DNA from: an uncultured delta proteobacterium
GTDB taxonomy: Bacteria; Myxococcota_A; Polyangia; Fen-1088
Assembly (NCBI GenBank): GCA_963796685.1
Contig: CAWCMR010000020.1
Coordinates: forward strand, 45,519-109,518
Direction: 5' to 3'
Length of the DNA stretch: 64,000 bases
Positions 7,949 through 16,986 of this stretch are shown piece after piece (positions within the stretch are counted from its first letter, which is position 1; every line of letters starts with the position of its first letter). A program made the position numbers and the translations under genes. Under the pieces are notes generated by a model. That model was not told where the DNA came from, searched no databases, and saw only the letters and a program-made list of their open reading frames with translations.

Positions 7949-10024
7949 GTGACAAATTCGGAAAGCCAACCAACCCCCAATGCTCCCGTGCCTTCGGGCC
8001 GGCCGAGCTTCTTCGACCGTCTGAGCGATCGGCAGATGACCCTGCTGGTGATCGCGGTCGGCCTCCTTCTCTACATCCCGCTGGCCGGCACCTACGGCCT
8101 GTGGGATCCGTGGGAGACGCACTATTCGGAAGTCGCGCGTCAGATGACGAAGCGGGGCGATTTCATCAGCCTGTGGTGGCCGGGGTCGCCGCGCGACGCG
8201 GACGTGTTCTGGTCCAAGCCCGTCCTGTCCTTCTGGGTGATGAGCATCGGCATGCACATCGCGCGCATCGGATTGCCCGGCAATCCGCCCGGCGAAATGG
8301 CGCTGCTGTCGCGCACGGAGTGGGCGGTGCGCGTGCCCTTCTGTCTGTTTGGCGTGCTTGCCATGTGGGGCATCTACATGGTCGTCGCGCGTTTCGTATC
8401 CAAACGGGCGGGCTTCATCTCGGCGCTGGTCATGGCAACCAGTCCCATGTTCGCGCTCATTGCCCGCCAAGCCATGACCGATATGGCTTTCGTGGGCCCC
8501 ATGACCATGGCCTTGGCCTTGGGGACCATCGCGCTCCTCGACGACCGCGACGAAGTCCTGCCGCGCCGGGGCCGCGGTTTTTGGAGCTACCCCCACCACG
8601 CCTCGTTCTACACCACGGTCGGAGTGTTCTTGGTCTTGATGGTGCCCCAGCTCATCATCGATTCCGTTCAGCTCAAGGTGAAGGTTCCCATCGGCGGCCG
8701 TGAAGTCCTCATGTACGGCGCGGTGGCGATGATTCCCTATTACCTGGGGTCGCTCCTGTTCTTGTGGTTCTGCATGCGGGCGCGCTATCGAGCGCCGCTT
8801 TACCTCTACATCGCGGCCATGCTGTGCGGGGTCGCGGTGCTGGCCAAGGGCCTCGCCGGGGCCGGCCTGCCCATCATCATCTTCCTCGCCTATCTGCTCT
8901 TCACCTGGAACTGGAAGCGCCTCCAGCGCGCCCAGCTCTTGCCCGCGGTGGCGGTGTCCGCGCTGGTGATGGTGGTCGTGGCGGCCCCGTGGCACCACGC
9001 CATGATCATTCGCCACGGCTGGGCCTTTTGGAACGAGCTCTTCGGCGACAACCACTGGCGCCGCATGATGCTGGGCCGTCACGGCGACCGTGGCACCTTC
9101 GAGTACTTCCTGCGCGAGTTGGGATACGGCGTTCTGCCTTGGGTGGCGCTGGCGCCGGCGGCGCTCACCGGCATGGTCATGCGCAAGGTGGGGAGCGAGC
9201 AGAAACAGGCGGTGTACAGGCTGGGCGCGATCTGGTTCGTCGCCGGCTACGCCCTGGTCTCGCTCTCCATGACCAAGTTCCACCACTACGTCTTGCCGGC
9301 GATTCCCGGCCTCGCCATCGTGATCGGCTGTTTCATCAACGACGTGCTCGACAAGCAGGACGTCCGTCGCACCCGACTGGCGGCCTTGGTTGGGATTCCG
9401 CTGCTTGCCGTGATCTTCGCGGACCTGCTTCACGCCCGCAACGCCGCGCAGCGGTTTCTTTGGCTGTTCAGCTACGACTACGTGCACAGCCCGACGGGAC
9501 GGCCCTGGCCGAATGAGCTCGATTTTCGCACCCCGCTCGTGGTGATGGGCTTGCTCATCGCCTTGGCGACGCTGGCTCTCGGCTGGAAGAAGCTGCTGCG
9601 TCCGGCGGTCATTGGGCTGTGCCTGGTCTCCGTGGTCTTCACCTACTTTCTCCTCGACGTGTACATGCGCGACGTCGCGCCCTTCTGGTCGCAGAAGGAA
9701 ACCCTGGCCGAATACTATCGCCATCGCCGATCGCCCGACGAGAAGCTACTCGCCTACTCCATGTACTGGCGGGGCGAGACCTTTTACTCCGAAAACGAGA
9801 TCTACGAAGGCCCCAAGGAAGAGCGGACCGTGTTCGACCAGGAAGGCGCCGACGAGCAGATGAAGGAATGGATCGCCAACCACCGCGGACGGCGCGTGTT
9901 CATCATCTACGAGCGGGGTAGGCAGAACCACGTGGAGCAGCTCCTGCCCCCTGAAACGCGCTCGAGCTTCAAGGTGCTCTACGAGAAGAACAACAAGTTC
10001 TCGCTCGCCCAGGCCGATATCTAG
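7949..10024 (+). CDS. ArnT/PMT-like (GT-C) membrane glycosyltransferase
   Basis: LWDPWETHYSEVARQM, FWSKPVL, RQAMTDM, LAKGLAG, TKFHHYVLPAIP; many TM helices. GTG 7949 follows GAGGA. Confidence 0.88.
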   Translation: MTNSESQPTPNAPVPSGRPSFFDRLSDRQMTLLVIAVGLLLYIPLAGTYGLWDPWETHYSEVARQMTKRGDFISLWWPGSPRDADVFWSKPVLSFWVMSIGMHIARIGLPGNPPGEMALLSRTEWAVRVPFCLFGVLAMWGIYMVVARFVSKRAGFISALVMATSPMFALIARQAMTDMAFVGPMTMALALGTIALLDDRDEVLPRRGRGFWSYPHHASFYTTVGVFLVLMVPQLIIDSVQLKVKVPIGGREVLMYGAVAMIPYYLGSLLFLWFCMRARYRAPLYLYIAAMLCGVAVLAKGLAGAGLPIIIFLAYLLFTWNWKRLQRAQLLPAVAVSALVMVVVAAPWHHAMIIRHGWAFWNELFGDNHWRRMMLGRHGDRGTFEYFLRELGYGVLPWVALAPAALTGMVMRKVGSEQKQAVYRLGAIWFVAGYALVSLSMTKFHHYVLPAIPGLAIVIGCFINDVLDKQDVRRTRLAALVGIPLLAVIFADLLHARNAAQRFLWLFSYDYVHSPTGRPWPNELDFRTPLVVMGLLIALATLALGWKKLLRPAVIGLCLVSVVFTYFLLDVYMRDVAPFWSQKETLAEYYRHRRSPDEKLLAYSMYWRGETFYSENEIYEGPKEERTVFDQEGADEQMKEWIANHRGRRVFIIYERGRQNHVEQLLPPETRSSFKVLYEKNNKFSLAQADI

Positions 10025-10035
10025 AGCTTGTCACA

Positions 10036-10428
10036 CGAGGTCGCGCGAAGCGCGGGGGAGGCAGGGTGGGAGGCAGGTGCCGAGCCTCCCAGGGTTCCCA
10101 TCACCCGCGTAGGCGGAGCCGAGCTTTGCTCGGCGAAGCCAGAGCGCGGGAGGGTTTGGCGAGGTCGCGCGAAGCGCGGGGGAGGCAGGGTGGGAGGCAG
10201 GTGCCGAGCCTCCCAGGGTTCCCATCACCCGCGTAGGCGGAGCCGAGCTTTGCTCGGCGAAGCCAGAGCGCGGGAGGGTTTGGCGAGGTCGCGCGAAGCG
10301 CGGGGGAGGCAGGGTGGGAGGCAGGTGCCGAGCCTCCCAGGGTTCCCATCACCCGCGTAGGCGGAGCCGAGCTTTGCTCGGCGAAGCCAGAGCGCGGGAG
10401 GGTTTGGGAACCCTCCCAGGGTTCCCAT
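10036..10428. repeat. Tandem array of three identical 124-bp palindromic units plus terminal hairpin (REP/BIME- or MITE-like)
   Basis: Identical units start at 10036, 10160 and 10284. Internal hairpins CGCGC-GAA-GCGCG, GGGAGGC..GCCTCCC and GCCGAGC-TTT-GCTCGGC. Lies between convergent genes. Confidence 0.95.
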
Positions 10429-10429
10429 T

Positions 10430-11371
10430 TCAACGAAATATCTGCTCCGCCTCCTGTTTCACCTGGCGCAGCTCATCCCAGAGCTTTTCCAGGTCGCGGG
10501 CGCGGAAGCCCAAGTACTCGCATTCGGGCGTCGCGACCAGGTGTTCGGTTTGCTCGGCGCTGGGCAGCGATTCCCGCGCCAACATGCGGTCGATCCTCTC
10601 CGCCAGGCGAACCAAGGCCACGAGCAACGCCACCTCGCCCCCCGCCGCGAAGGCGCGTACCGGTTGGTGGTGCCAGGCCACGATCTTGGGGATGGGATCG
10701 GGTAGCCCCCACTTGCGCAAAATGTGGGCGCCGAGCACGGCGTGATCGAAGCCCAGCACCTCGCGCTCGCGCAGGTGGATGGTGTCCACCTCGGCCATGT
10801 CGTTGCCGTGAATCTTGAGGTAGGTGGCGGGCTGGGCCTGGATGAGCAGCAATTTGCCGAAGTCGTGCAGCAGCCCCGCGATGTAGCTGCTGGATCCCGC
10901 GTTGGCCTTGTGCAAGGCCAGCGCCCGAACCAGCGCACCGGTCGAGGCGCAGTGATCGCGAACGGCGCGGCCGATGCCGCTCATGTCCGAGAACATGGCC
11001 ATCATCGACAGGGACGTGGCGACCTCGCCCAGCGTCCGCGAGCCCAGCACCACGATGGCTTGCTTGATGGAGACGCAGGCCTCGCGCGGGCGGAAGGCCG
11101 CCGAATTGGCCAGGCGTAGGACCTTGGTCGCCAGCGCCGGGTCTTGCTCGATGATGTCTTGCAAGCGGCCGACCTCGAAGTCTTTGTCGGCGACCTGGTC
11201 GAGCACGCGCCTCGCCACTTCCGAGAACGGGCGCAGCCCTTCCAGATCGGCCAGGGCGGCCGCGAAGCTCGCGGCAGCTTGCGCGGTGATGGCAGTTGCG
11301 TCGTCCTCGCCGAACCATAGCTCTTCGAGAATCGATTCAGAGATCTTGGTCTTGCTTGCAGGCGGTGTCAT
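10430..11371 (-). CDS. HDOD domain protein
   Basis: DPALATKVLRLANSA, SIKQAIVVLG, AGLLHDFGKL, E..LGFDHAVLGA.IL.KWGLP, WHH. Confidence 0.93.
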   Translation of the reverse strand: MTPPASKTKISESILEELWFGEDDATAITAQAAASFAAALADLEGLRPFSEVARRVLDQVADKDFEVGRLQDIIEQDPALATKVLRLANSAAFRPREACVSIKQAIVVLGSRTLGEVATSLSMMAMFSDMSGIGRAVRDHCASTGALVRALALHKANAGSSSYIAGLLHDFGKLLLIQAQPATYLKIHGNDMAEVDTIHLREREVLGFDHAVLGAHILRKWGLPDPIPKIVAWHHQPVRAFAAGGEVALLVALVRLAERIDRMLARESLPSAEQTEHLVATPECEYLGFRARDLEKLWDELRQVKQEAEQIFR

Positions 11372-11622
11372 CTTGGTCGAGCCTTTCCAGCGCCGGAGCT
11401 ACACCAAGAAGATAGCATCGTCCCCGGTCCCTCGCGACGTCGGGACGCGACGAGGTCGAACGCTCCGAGACATCGAAGGACGGCGACCTCGTGCGCCTTG
11501 CCGCCGATAATTCCGGCACGCATCGTCGCTTGCGCGAGCATCAGCCGCGCGCGGCTTGCGAGGGCCGCTACCTTCGACCTACGCGGCCTGGTGGCGAGTG
11601 GATGACGGGGGGGAGCGCGGGA

Positions 11623-12123
11623 CTAATTCGTTCTGTTCGGATCGTACGCCATGTTCAGCGGTAGCTCCGGCAGCTCCGGTGGGTACACCTGAGCTGCTTG
11701 GGTGGCAGTGGCCGTCTGGAGGATCTGAGAGCGGTTGTCGTCCCAGCCATCCACCGTGAAGGTGAAGGTTCCCTTGGTGTTCGACGTGCTCCAGCTGAAC
11801 AAGCCGATGTCGGTTGGTGTCAGTCCACCCTGACAGCCCGCCGTCAGCTTTTGATTTCCCTGACTGTCGGCGAACGGCCCCTCCTTCTGAAGCACGTAGT
11901 GATCGAGCACGACCTTACCAGCCCCGTCGGTGATCGTCATCTCGCACTGGTTGATGGCGGTATTTTCCGATCCGCCAGGAAGAGGCAGCGTCGATCTTGG
12001 CGAGGCTTTGACGTGGATCCTGAAGAGCGCGTAGTCCGGGCCACAGCCGCTCAAGCCCGACAGTGATGCGATCAAAGCGCCGGTCATGAGCAGTCCCTTC
12101 GAGAGTTGCATGAATGAGCGCAT
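11623..12123 (-). CDS. Hypothetical lipoprotein
   Basis: Lipobox LSGC after a hydrophobic stretch; beta-rich mature part; starts 2 nt after the upstream gene's stop. Confidence 0.7.
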   Translation of the reverse strand: MRSFMQLSKGLLMTGALIASLSGLSGCGPDYALFRIHVKASPRSTLPLPGGSENTAINQCEMTITDGAGKVVLDHYVLQKEGPFADSQGNQKLTAGCQGGLTPTDIGLFSWSTSNTKGTFTFTVDGWDDNRSQILQTATATQAAQVYPPELPELPLNMAYDPNRTN

Positions 12124-12125
12124 GG

Positions 12126-12482
12126 CTATCTCCCGTCTCCGATGCAACCAAGTGGGCGCGTCCCGGCTTGACACCCTGGTGCCTTCTTCTGGAAAGGGAT
12201 CACCGCTGCCGCGATCACGACGCCCGCAACGCCGACGGCCGTAGCCCAAAACCACCATTGCTCGTAGACCGGATTGAGAATGGGTTTCTTCTCGGGCTTC
12301 TTGCCCAGATCCTTCACGCCATCCGGGACCGACGTGCTGTCGTCCGTGACGATGGTCGGATCTTTGTACGAACCGCCCTCTTCTTCGTCATCATCGGCCC
12401 AGGCAGGCTGGACGACTGCAAAAAACAGCGTCGCGATGACGCTCAGGGAGAGGACCCGAGTCAGAAATGTTGTGCGCGTCAT
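12126..12482 (-). CDS. Small exported/membrane protein with PVYEQWWFW motif
   Basis: Signal peptide ending AWA, acidic tract, then the WWFW-TM motif common at C-termini of myxobacterial exported proteins. Confidence 0.7.
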   Translation of the reverse strand: MTRTTFLTRVLSLSVIATLFFAVVQPAWADDDEEEGGSYKDPTIVTDDSTSVPDGVKDLGKKPEKKPILNPVYEQWWFWATAVGVAGVVIAAAVIPFQKKAPGCQAGTRPLGCIGDGR

Positions 12483-12652
12483 GTCGAGAAGCATATTAAC
12501 CACACGTCGTTACCGGATGGAAGAGGGGAGAAAGGGGGAATTCGCTGCCAGTGCAAAGCACCCCAACGCCACCTACCCGGGATCGTCTGGCTTGACCCAT
12601 GAGGGCCAATCAGGCGAGGAAGGAGGCGAGGAGGGCCCCAGGGGAAGAAGGC

Positions 12653-13384
12653 GTGAAACGCATCGCTCCAAAATCCTTGATCGCGAGTAGCCGCACGCTC
12701 GCCGAGCGTGTCGATGGGCTGGTCTTCGCCAAGCCGGTCGCCTACGTCTACAACCCTTTGGTGTACGCTCGCGCCCAGCACGAAACCTATCTTGCCCGCT
12801 ACGGCCAGGCCCCCAAGGAAGTCATCTTGCTGGGCATGAACCCCGGGCCGTTCGGCATGGCCCAGACGGGGGTTCCCTTCGGCGACGTCGCCATGGTGCG
12901 GGACTTCCTCGGGCTGGAAAGCGCCATCGGCAGGCCCGCGCGCGAGCATCCCAAGCGGCCGGTGGAAGGCATGGCCTGCACGCGCAGCGAGGTGAGCGGT
13001 ACGCGACTTTGGGGTTGGGCCAAGGACGAGCTCGGCACGGCAGAGCGCTTCTTCGAGCGCTTCTTCGTGGCGAACTACTGTCCCTTGGTCTTCATGGAGG
13101 ACTCGGCCCGCAATCTCACCCCGGACAAGCTTCCCGCTGTCGAGCAGGCAGCGCTCTTCGCCGCCTGCGACGAGGCCTTGCGCGATACGGTCGCGGTTCT
13201 GCGCCCTCGCGTCGTCGTCGGGGTCGGCGTCTTCGCCACCCTGCGCGCGCGCCACGCGCTCGCCGATACCGGTCTTGCCATCGGTACCGTCTTGCACCCC
13301 AGCCCGGCCAGCCCCGCGGCCAACCGAGGCTGGGCCGCGCAGGCGCATCGCCAGCTGGCCGACCTCGGCATCGCGATTCGCTGA
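12653..13384 (+). CDS. SMUG1-type (family 3) uracil-DNA glycosylase
   Basis: YVYNPLVYA, GMNPGPFGMAQTGVPFG, SEVSGTRLW, NYCPL, HPSPASP. Confidence 0.93.
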   Translation: MKRIAPKSLIASSRTLAERVDGLVFAKPVAYVYNPLVYARAQHETYLARYGQAPKEVILLGMNPGPFGMAQTGVPFGDVAMVRDFLGLESAIGRPAREHPKRPVEGMACTRSEVSGTRLWGWAKDELGTAERFFERFFVANYCPLVFMEDSARNLTPDKLPAVEQAALFAACDEALRDTVAVLRPRVVVGVGVFATLRARHALADTGLAIGTVLHPSPASPAANRGWAAQAHRQLADLGIAIR

Positions 13385-13474
13385 TGGGTCAGGCGCGGGT
13401 GGTCGCGGTTTGGCCGTCCGTCCTCGGCACCATGCTAGGATATTCGCCCTTCCGAGACGCAGCGAGAACCCGGC

Positions 13475-14980
13475 ATGGCTGATTTGCGCAAGCTGAAGAA
13501 CGAGGCACTGGACGCCGCCGGCAAGGGGAACTGGCGGAAGGCGGCGCGGTGCTATGCGAGCCTGGAAAAGGACGAAGAGGCCGAGCCGGGCTGGGCGCTC
13601 AAGCTGGGCGAGTGCCTGCGCAAGATGGGCAACGACCGAGAGGCCGTCAAGGCCTTGGGCCGCGCCGTCAACGGCTACGCCAAGAACGGCTTGGTGCTGA
13701 AAGCCGTAGCGGTTTGCAAGATCATTCTCAGCGTCGATCCCAATCATTCCCATGCGCAGGAATTGCTGGACTCTTTCTACGCGGCCCAACGGAGCCCCGA
13801 CGATCCCGGTGTCCGGCTGCCCCGGCGCACGCCGTCGCCACCGTCGAGCGTGCAAGCGCCCGTCGCGCCCCCGGCCGTGCCCAGGGCGGCGCCTGGTCCC
13901 GTTCTCGCCCCGGCGCCGCCCGACCCCTTTGCCGTGTCGTCGACGATGAAGGTGCCTCGGCCCGTCGCCGTCGCGCCGACGGCATCCGCTGCCTTGCAGG
14001 CTTCCGCCGTCGCCGTGGCGAGCGCGCCGCCGCCCATGCGCCACCTTCGCTTGGCCGCCCTGATACCCGGATCGCGCCCATCGCAGCAGGTGCCGTCCGC
14101 GGGCGGCAGCACGGTCATGGAGATTCCCATCGACGACGATTTCGCACCCGCGGTCGCGCCGACCAACCCGCACAAAGGCGCCGGCCGAAACACCCTGGCG
14201 CGTTTCGTATTGCCCAAGACGCCGTTCTTCTCCGTGCTCTCGCGTGAGCTTTTCCGCATGGCCGTCGAGCGCGTGCGTTTGATCCAACTCGCCGTGGGCC
14301 AGACCTTGTTTTCGCAAGGCGATCCTGGCGACGTGCTGTACGTGGTGGCGTGGGGGGAAATCGCCGTGCTGGCGCCGCAGGAAATCGCCCGGCTGTCCGA
14401 GGGCGAATTCTTCGGCGAGATCGCCCTGCTCGCCGACCGGCCACGCAACGCCACCGTGCGCGCCACCGTCGACAGCCAGGTCTTGGCCATCGATCGGGCG
14501 CTGCTCAGCGATCTGGTCACGGGCTCGCCCGAGTTGCTCAAGGTGCTGTTGCGCTTTCTGCGCGATCGCCTCGTTGCGACCCTGGCTGAAACCAGTCCGC
14601 TTTTCGCGCCGTTCACGCCCCTCGAGCGCCTGGGGCTGGCCGCGCGCTTTCACTTTCTCGAGATCGACGAGGGACTGCGCATCCTCGAACAGGGTGGAAA
14701 GTCGCCGGGGCTCTTCGTCTTGCTCGCCGGAGAAGCCAACGCCGTGGCCGATGGACGCGTCGCGGCCCATCTGGAATCGGGCGACGCGTTCGGCGAGATT
14801 TCGCTCATCACGAACCAACCCGCGACGGCCTCCATCGAGACCCTTTGCAAGAGCTTCGTCCTGTACCTGCCACGCGCCGACTTCTCGGAAATCATCATGA
14901 CCCATCCCCAGGTGCTCGAATACATCAGCGAGCTGGCCGAGGCGCGCATACGCGACATCGGTCGGATTGACATACTGTGA
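13475..14980 (+). CDS. TPR-like N-terminus + Pro-rich linker + two cyclic-nucleotide-binding domains
   Basis: QGDPGDVLYVV..GEFFGEIALL..PRNATVRA and GDAFGEISLI..PATASI; N-terminal LKAVAVCKIIL..DP. Confidence 0.9.
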   Translation: MADLRKLKNEALDAAGKGNWRKAARCYASLEKDEEAEPGWALKLGECLRKMGNDREAVKALGRAVNGYAKNGLVLKAVAVCKIILSVDPNHSHAQELLDSFYAAQRSPDDPGVRLPRRTPSPPSSVQAPVAPPAVPRAAPGPVLAPAPPDPFAVSSTMKVPRPVAVAPTASAALQASAVAVASAPPPMRHLRLAALIPGSRPSQQVPSAGGSTVMEIPIDDDFAPAVAPTNPHKGAGRNTLARFVLPKTPFFSVLSRELFRMAVERVRLIQLAVGQTLFSQGDPGDVLYVVAWGEIAVLAPQEIARLSEGEFFGEIALLADRPRNATVRATVDSQVLAIDRALLSDLVTGSPELLKVLLRFLRDRLVATLAETSPLFAPFTPLERLGLAARFHFLEIDEGLRILEQGGKSPGLFVLLAGEANAVADGRVAAHLESGDAFGEISLITNQPATASIETLCKSFVLYLPRADFSEIIMTHPQVLEYISELAEARIRDIGRIDIL

Positions 14981-15052
14981 CTTCCATGCCGGTGTACGCA
15001 ACCAACGCAACTCCAGCTCCACGGAAAGTCGAGTCATCCGCATCCGACGGGG

Positions 15053-15081
15053 TTGACTTTCCCCTCTGGCCGAAGTATTAG
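15053..15081 (+). promoter_or_regulatory. Sigma70-type promoter of rplM-rpsI
   Basis: TTGACT-17 bp-TATTAG directly upstream of rplM. Confidence 0.6.
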
Positions 15082-15090
15082 GAGCGCCCC

Positions 15091-15543
15091 GTGTCTACAG
15101 CAGCGCCGCGCCAACGTAAGACTGTTTCCGCCAACGATACCGTTGTGCGCTCGTGGTACATCGCCGACGTCGAGGGCAAGACCCTGGGCCGTGCATGTGC
15201 CAAGATCGCCTCGGTTCTGCGCGGAAAGAACAAAGCCATCTTTACCCCGCATGCCAACGCGGGCGACTTCGTCGTCGTGATCAACGCGGAGAAGATTCGC
15301 CTCTCGGGCAAGAAGTGGTCGGACAAGATCTATCGCCACCACTCGCTCTTCCCGGGTGGTTTGCAAGAGTATTCCGCCAAGCAGCTCGTCGAGCGTCATC
15401 CCACCGAGCTGGTCAAGCGCGCGGTGTGGGGCATGTTGCCCAAGGGGCCGCTCGGCCGTCAAATCTACAAGAAGTTGAAGGTCTACGCGGGAACCGACCA
15501 CCCGCATGCCGCCCAGCAGCCTAAGCCGTTGGCCCTTTCGTAA
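15091..15543 (+). CDS. rplM: 50S ribosomal protein L13
   Basis: WYIADVEGKTLGR, LRGKNKAIFTPH..GDFVVVINAEK, AVWGMLPKGPLGR, KLKVYAG..HPHAAQQP. Confidence 0.99.
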   Translation: MSTAAPRQRKTVSANDTVVRSWYIADVEGKTLGRACAKIASVLRGKNKAIFTPHANAGDFVVVINAEKIRLSGKKWSDKIYRHHSLFPGGLQEYSAKQLVERHPTELVKRAVWGMLPKGPLGRQIYKKLKVYAGTDHPHAAQQPKPLALS

Positions 15544-15558
15544 GTCCGGAGTCTCCGC

Positions 15559-15957
15559 ATGATCGATCCTCAGAAGAGCATCTATGCCACTGGCCGCCGT
15601 AAGCACGCGGTGGCGCGCGTTTGGATTCAGCCCGGCAACGGCAAGATCGCCATCAACGAGCGCACGCTCGAAGGCTACTTCGGACGCGAGACCTCGCGTA
15701 TGGTGTTTCGCCAGGCGCTCGAGCTCACCGAGACCTCCGGCACGCTCGATATCTATGCCAGCGTCAAGGGCGGTGGCCTTTCCGGCCAGGCCGATGCCTT
15801 GAGGCATGGGATTTCGCGCGCCCTGTGCAAGTTCAATTCGGACCTGCGCCCGCCGCTCAAGAAGGCCGGCTACCTGACCCGCGACGCGCGCGCCAAAGAG
15901 CGCAAGAAGTACGGTCAGCGTGGCGCCCGCGCCCGCTTCCAGTTCTCGAAGAGGTAG
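15559..15957 (+). CDS. rpsI: 30S ribosomal protein S9
   Basis: [47 protein letters not shown]. Confidence 0.99.
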   Translation: MIDPQKSIYATGRRKHAVARVWIQPGNGKIAINERTLEGYFGRETSRMVFRQALELTETSGTLDIYASVKGGGLSGQADALRHGISRALCKFNSDLRPPLKKAGYLTRDARAKERKKYGQRGARARFQFSKR

Positions 15958-15960
15958 TCA

Positions 15961-16037
15961 ATGGGAACCCTGGGAGGCTCGGCACCCGCCAGCCCGCCCT
16001 GCCACCCCCGCGTTACGCGCGGCCTCGCCAAACCCTC
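15961..16037. repeat. Degenerate dispersed copy (inverted) of the 124-bp repeat
   Basis: The first 26 nt, ATGGGAACCCTGGGAGGCTCGGCACC, are identical to the reverse complement of the 10.0-10.4 kb unit; similarity continues to CCTCGCCAAACCCTC. Confidence 0.9.
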
Positions 16038-16076
16038 GGGCTACCTGCCTCCATCTCGCGTCGACCTGCCTTCCAC

Positions 16077-16730
16077 CTACCTCCACAGCGTCGACATCGC
16101 GACGCCTATCACTTTGAGCAGGCGATCGGGGTAGACCCCGAGCCACACGAGCAGGATGGTGAGTGAGCCGAGGGCGAGGCGCTCGCCTAGCGCCGGTCGC
16201 ACGGCGGCTGGCGCCAGCGTCGTTGTCCGAGCTCGAACATGGCCACCACTACACGCAGGTAGTAGAAGAGGCCGATGGTGCTCGCGCCGACGAGGACGAA
16301 CACCGACACCCAGGCAGAGGCGGACGCGCCGGCGGCCAGCACCCAGAACTTGCCGACGAAGCCGGCGGTGAGCGGAATGCCGGCCAGGGACAGCAGCATG
16401 AGCGTGAACCCGCTCGCCAAGCCCGGACGCCGCCAGAACAGCCCGCGATAGTCCTCGATCGTCTCGGCCTCGTGTCCGGGCGTCGACAGCATCGTCACCA
16501 CCGCGAAGGCTCCGAGCATGGTGACGAAATAGGCGACGAGATAGAACGAGGCGGCGTTGGCGGCCATCGGTCCGGGCGCCTGGAACGCGATCAGCAGATA
16601 GCCGAGATGCCCGATGGATGAGTAGGCCAGGATCCGCTTCACGTTCTGCTGGAACAAGGCGAGCAGGTTGCCGGTCAACATGGAGGCCACCGCGAGGGCG
16701 ACGAGCAGCAGCCGCATCGTGCCCTCGACC
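16077..16730 (-). pseudogene. nuoN: Orphan C-terminal half of NADH-quinone oxidoreductase subunit N, with frameshift
   Basis: [53 protein letters not shown]. After a shift near 16230 it continues ...LLVWLGVYPDRLL..* (stop 16077-16079). N-terminal half and other nuo genes are absent. Confidence 0.85.
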
Positions 16731-16986
16731 GCTGGCTCCCGCTGATTGACTGCTTCATCTCCTCCTGCTTCAAGCATCTGCGCAAACCGGATGAGGACAT
16801 CTTTCTGCTCGCGTTGAACGTGATGCGCTGTTTTGACCGCTTACGCCGAATCGGCCGTCGGGAGCTGGCTTTCGGCCATCACGGCCGGCATGTTGATCCG
16901 TTCCCTTGTCATCGGCAGACGGCTATGCTGATTGGATGCTTGTCCGCAGCCAGGCCTCGTTCACATCACGAGGCGAACCAGGCCCG

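Noticed and set aside
10036-10428. CRISPR array or small repeated ORFs
   Set aside because: Units are fully identical with no variable spacers and no cas genes nearby; the ORFs are just translations of the repeat.
12479-15043. 854-aa minus-strand ORF and similar long antisense ORFs (7709-9724, 33779-35320, 48895-51525, 54192-55958)
   Set aside because: High-GC shadow frames opposite genes with clear family motifs.
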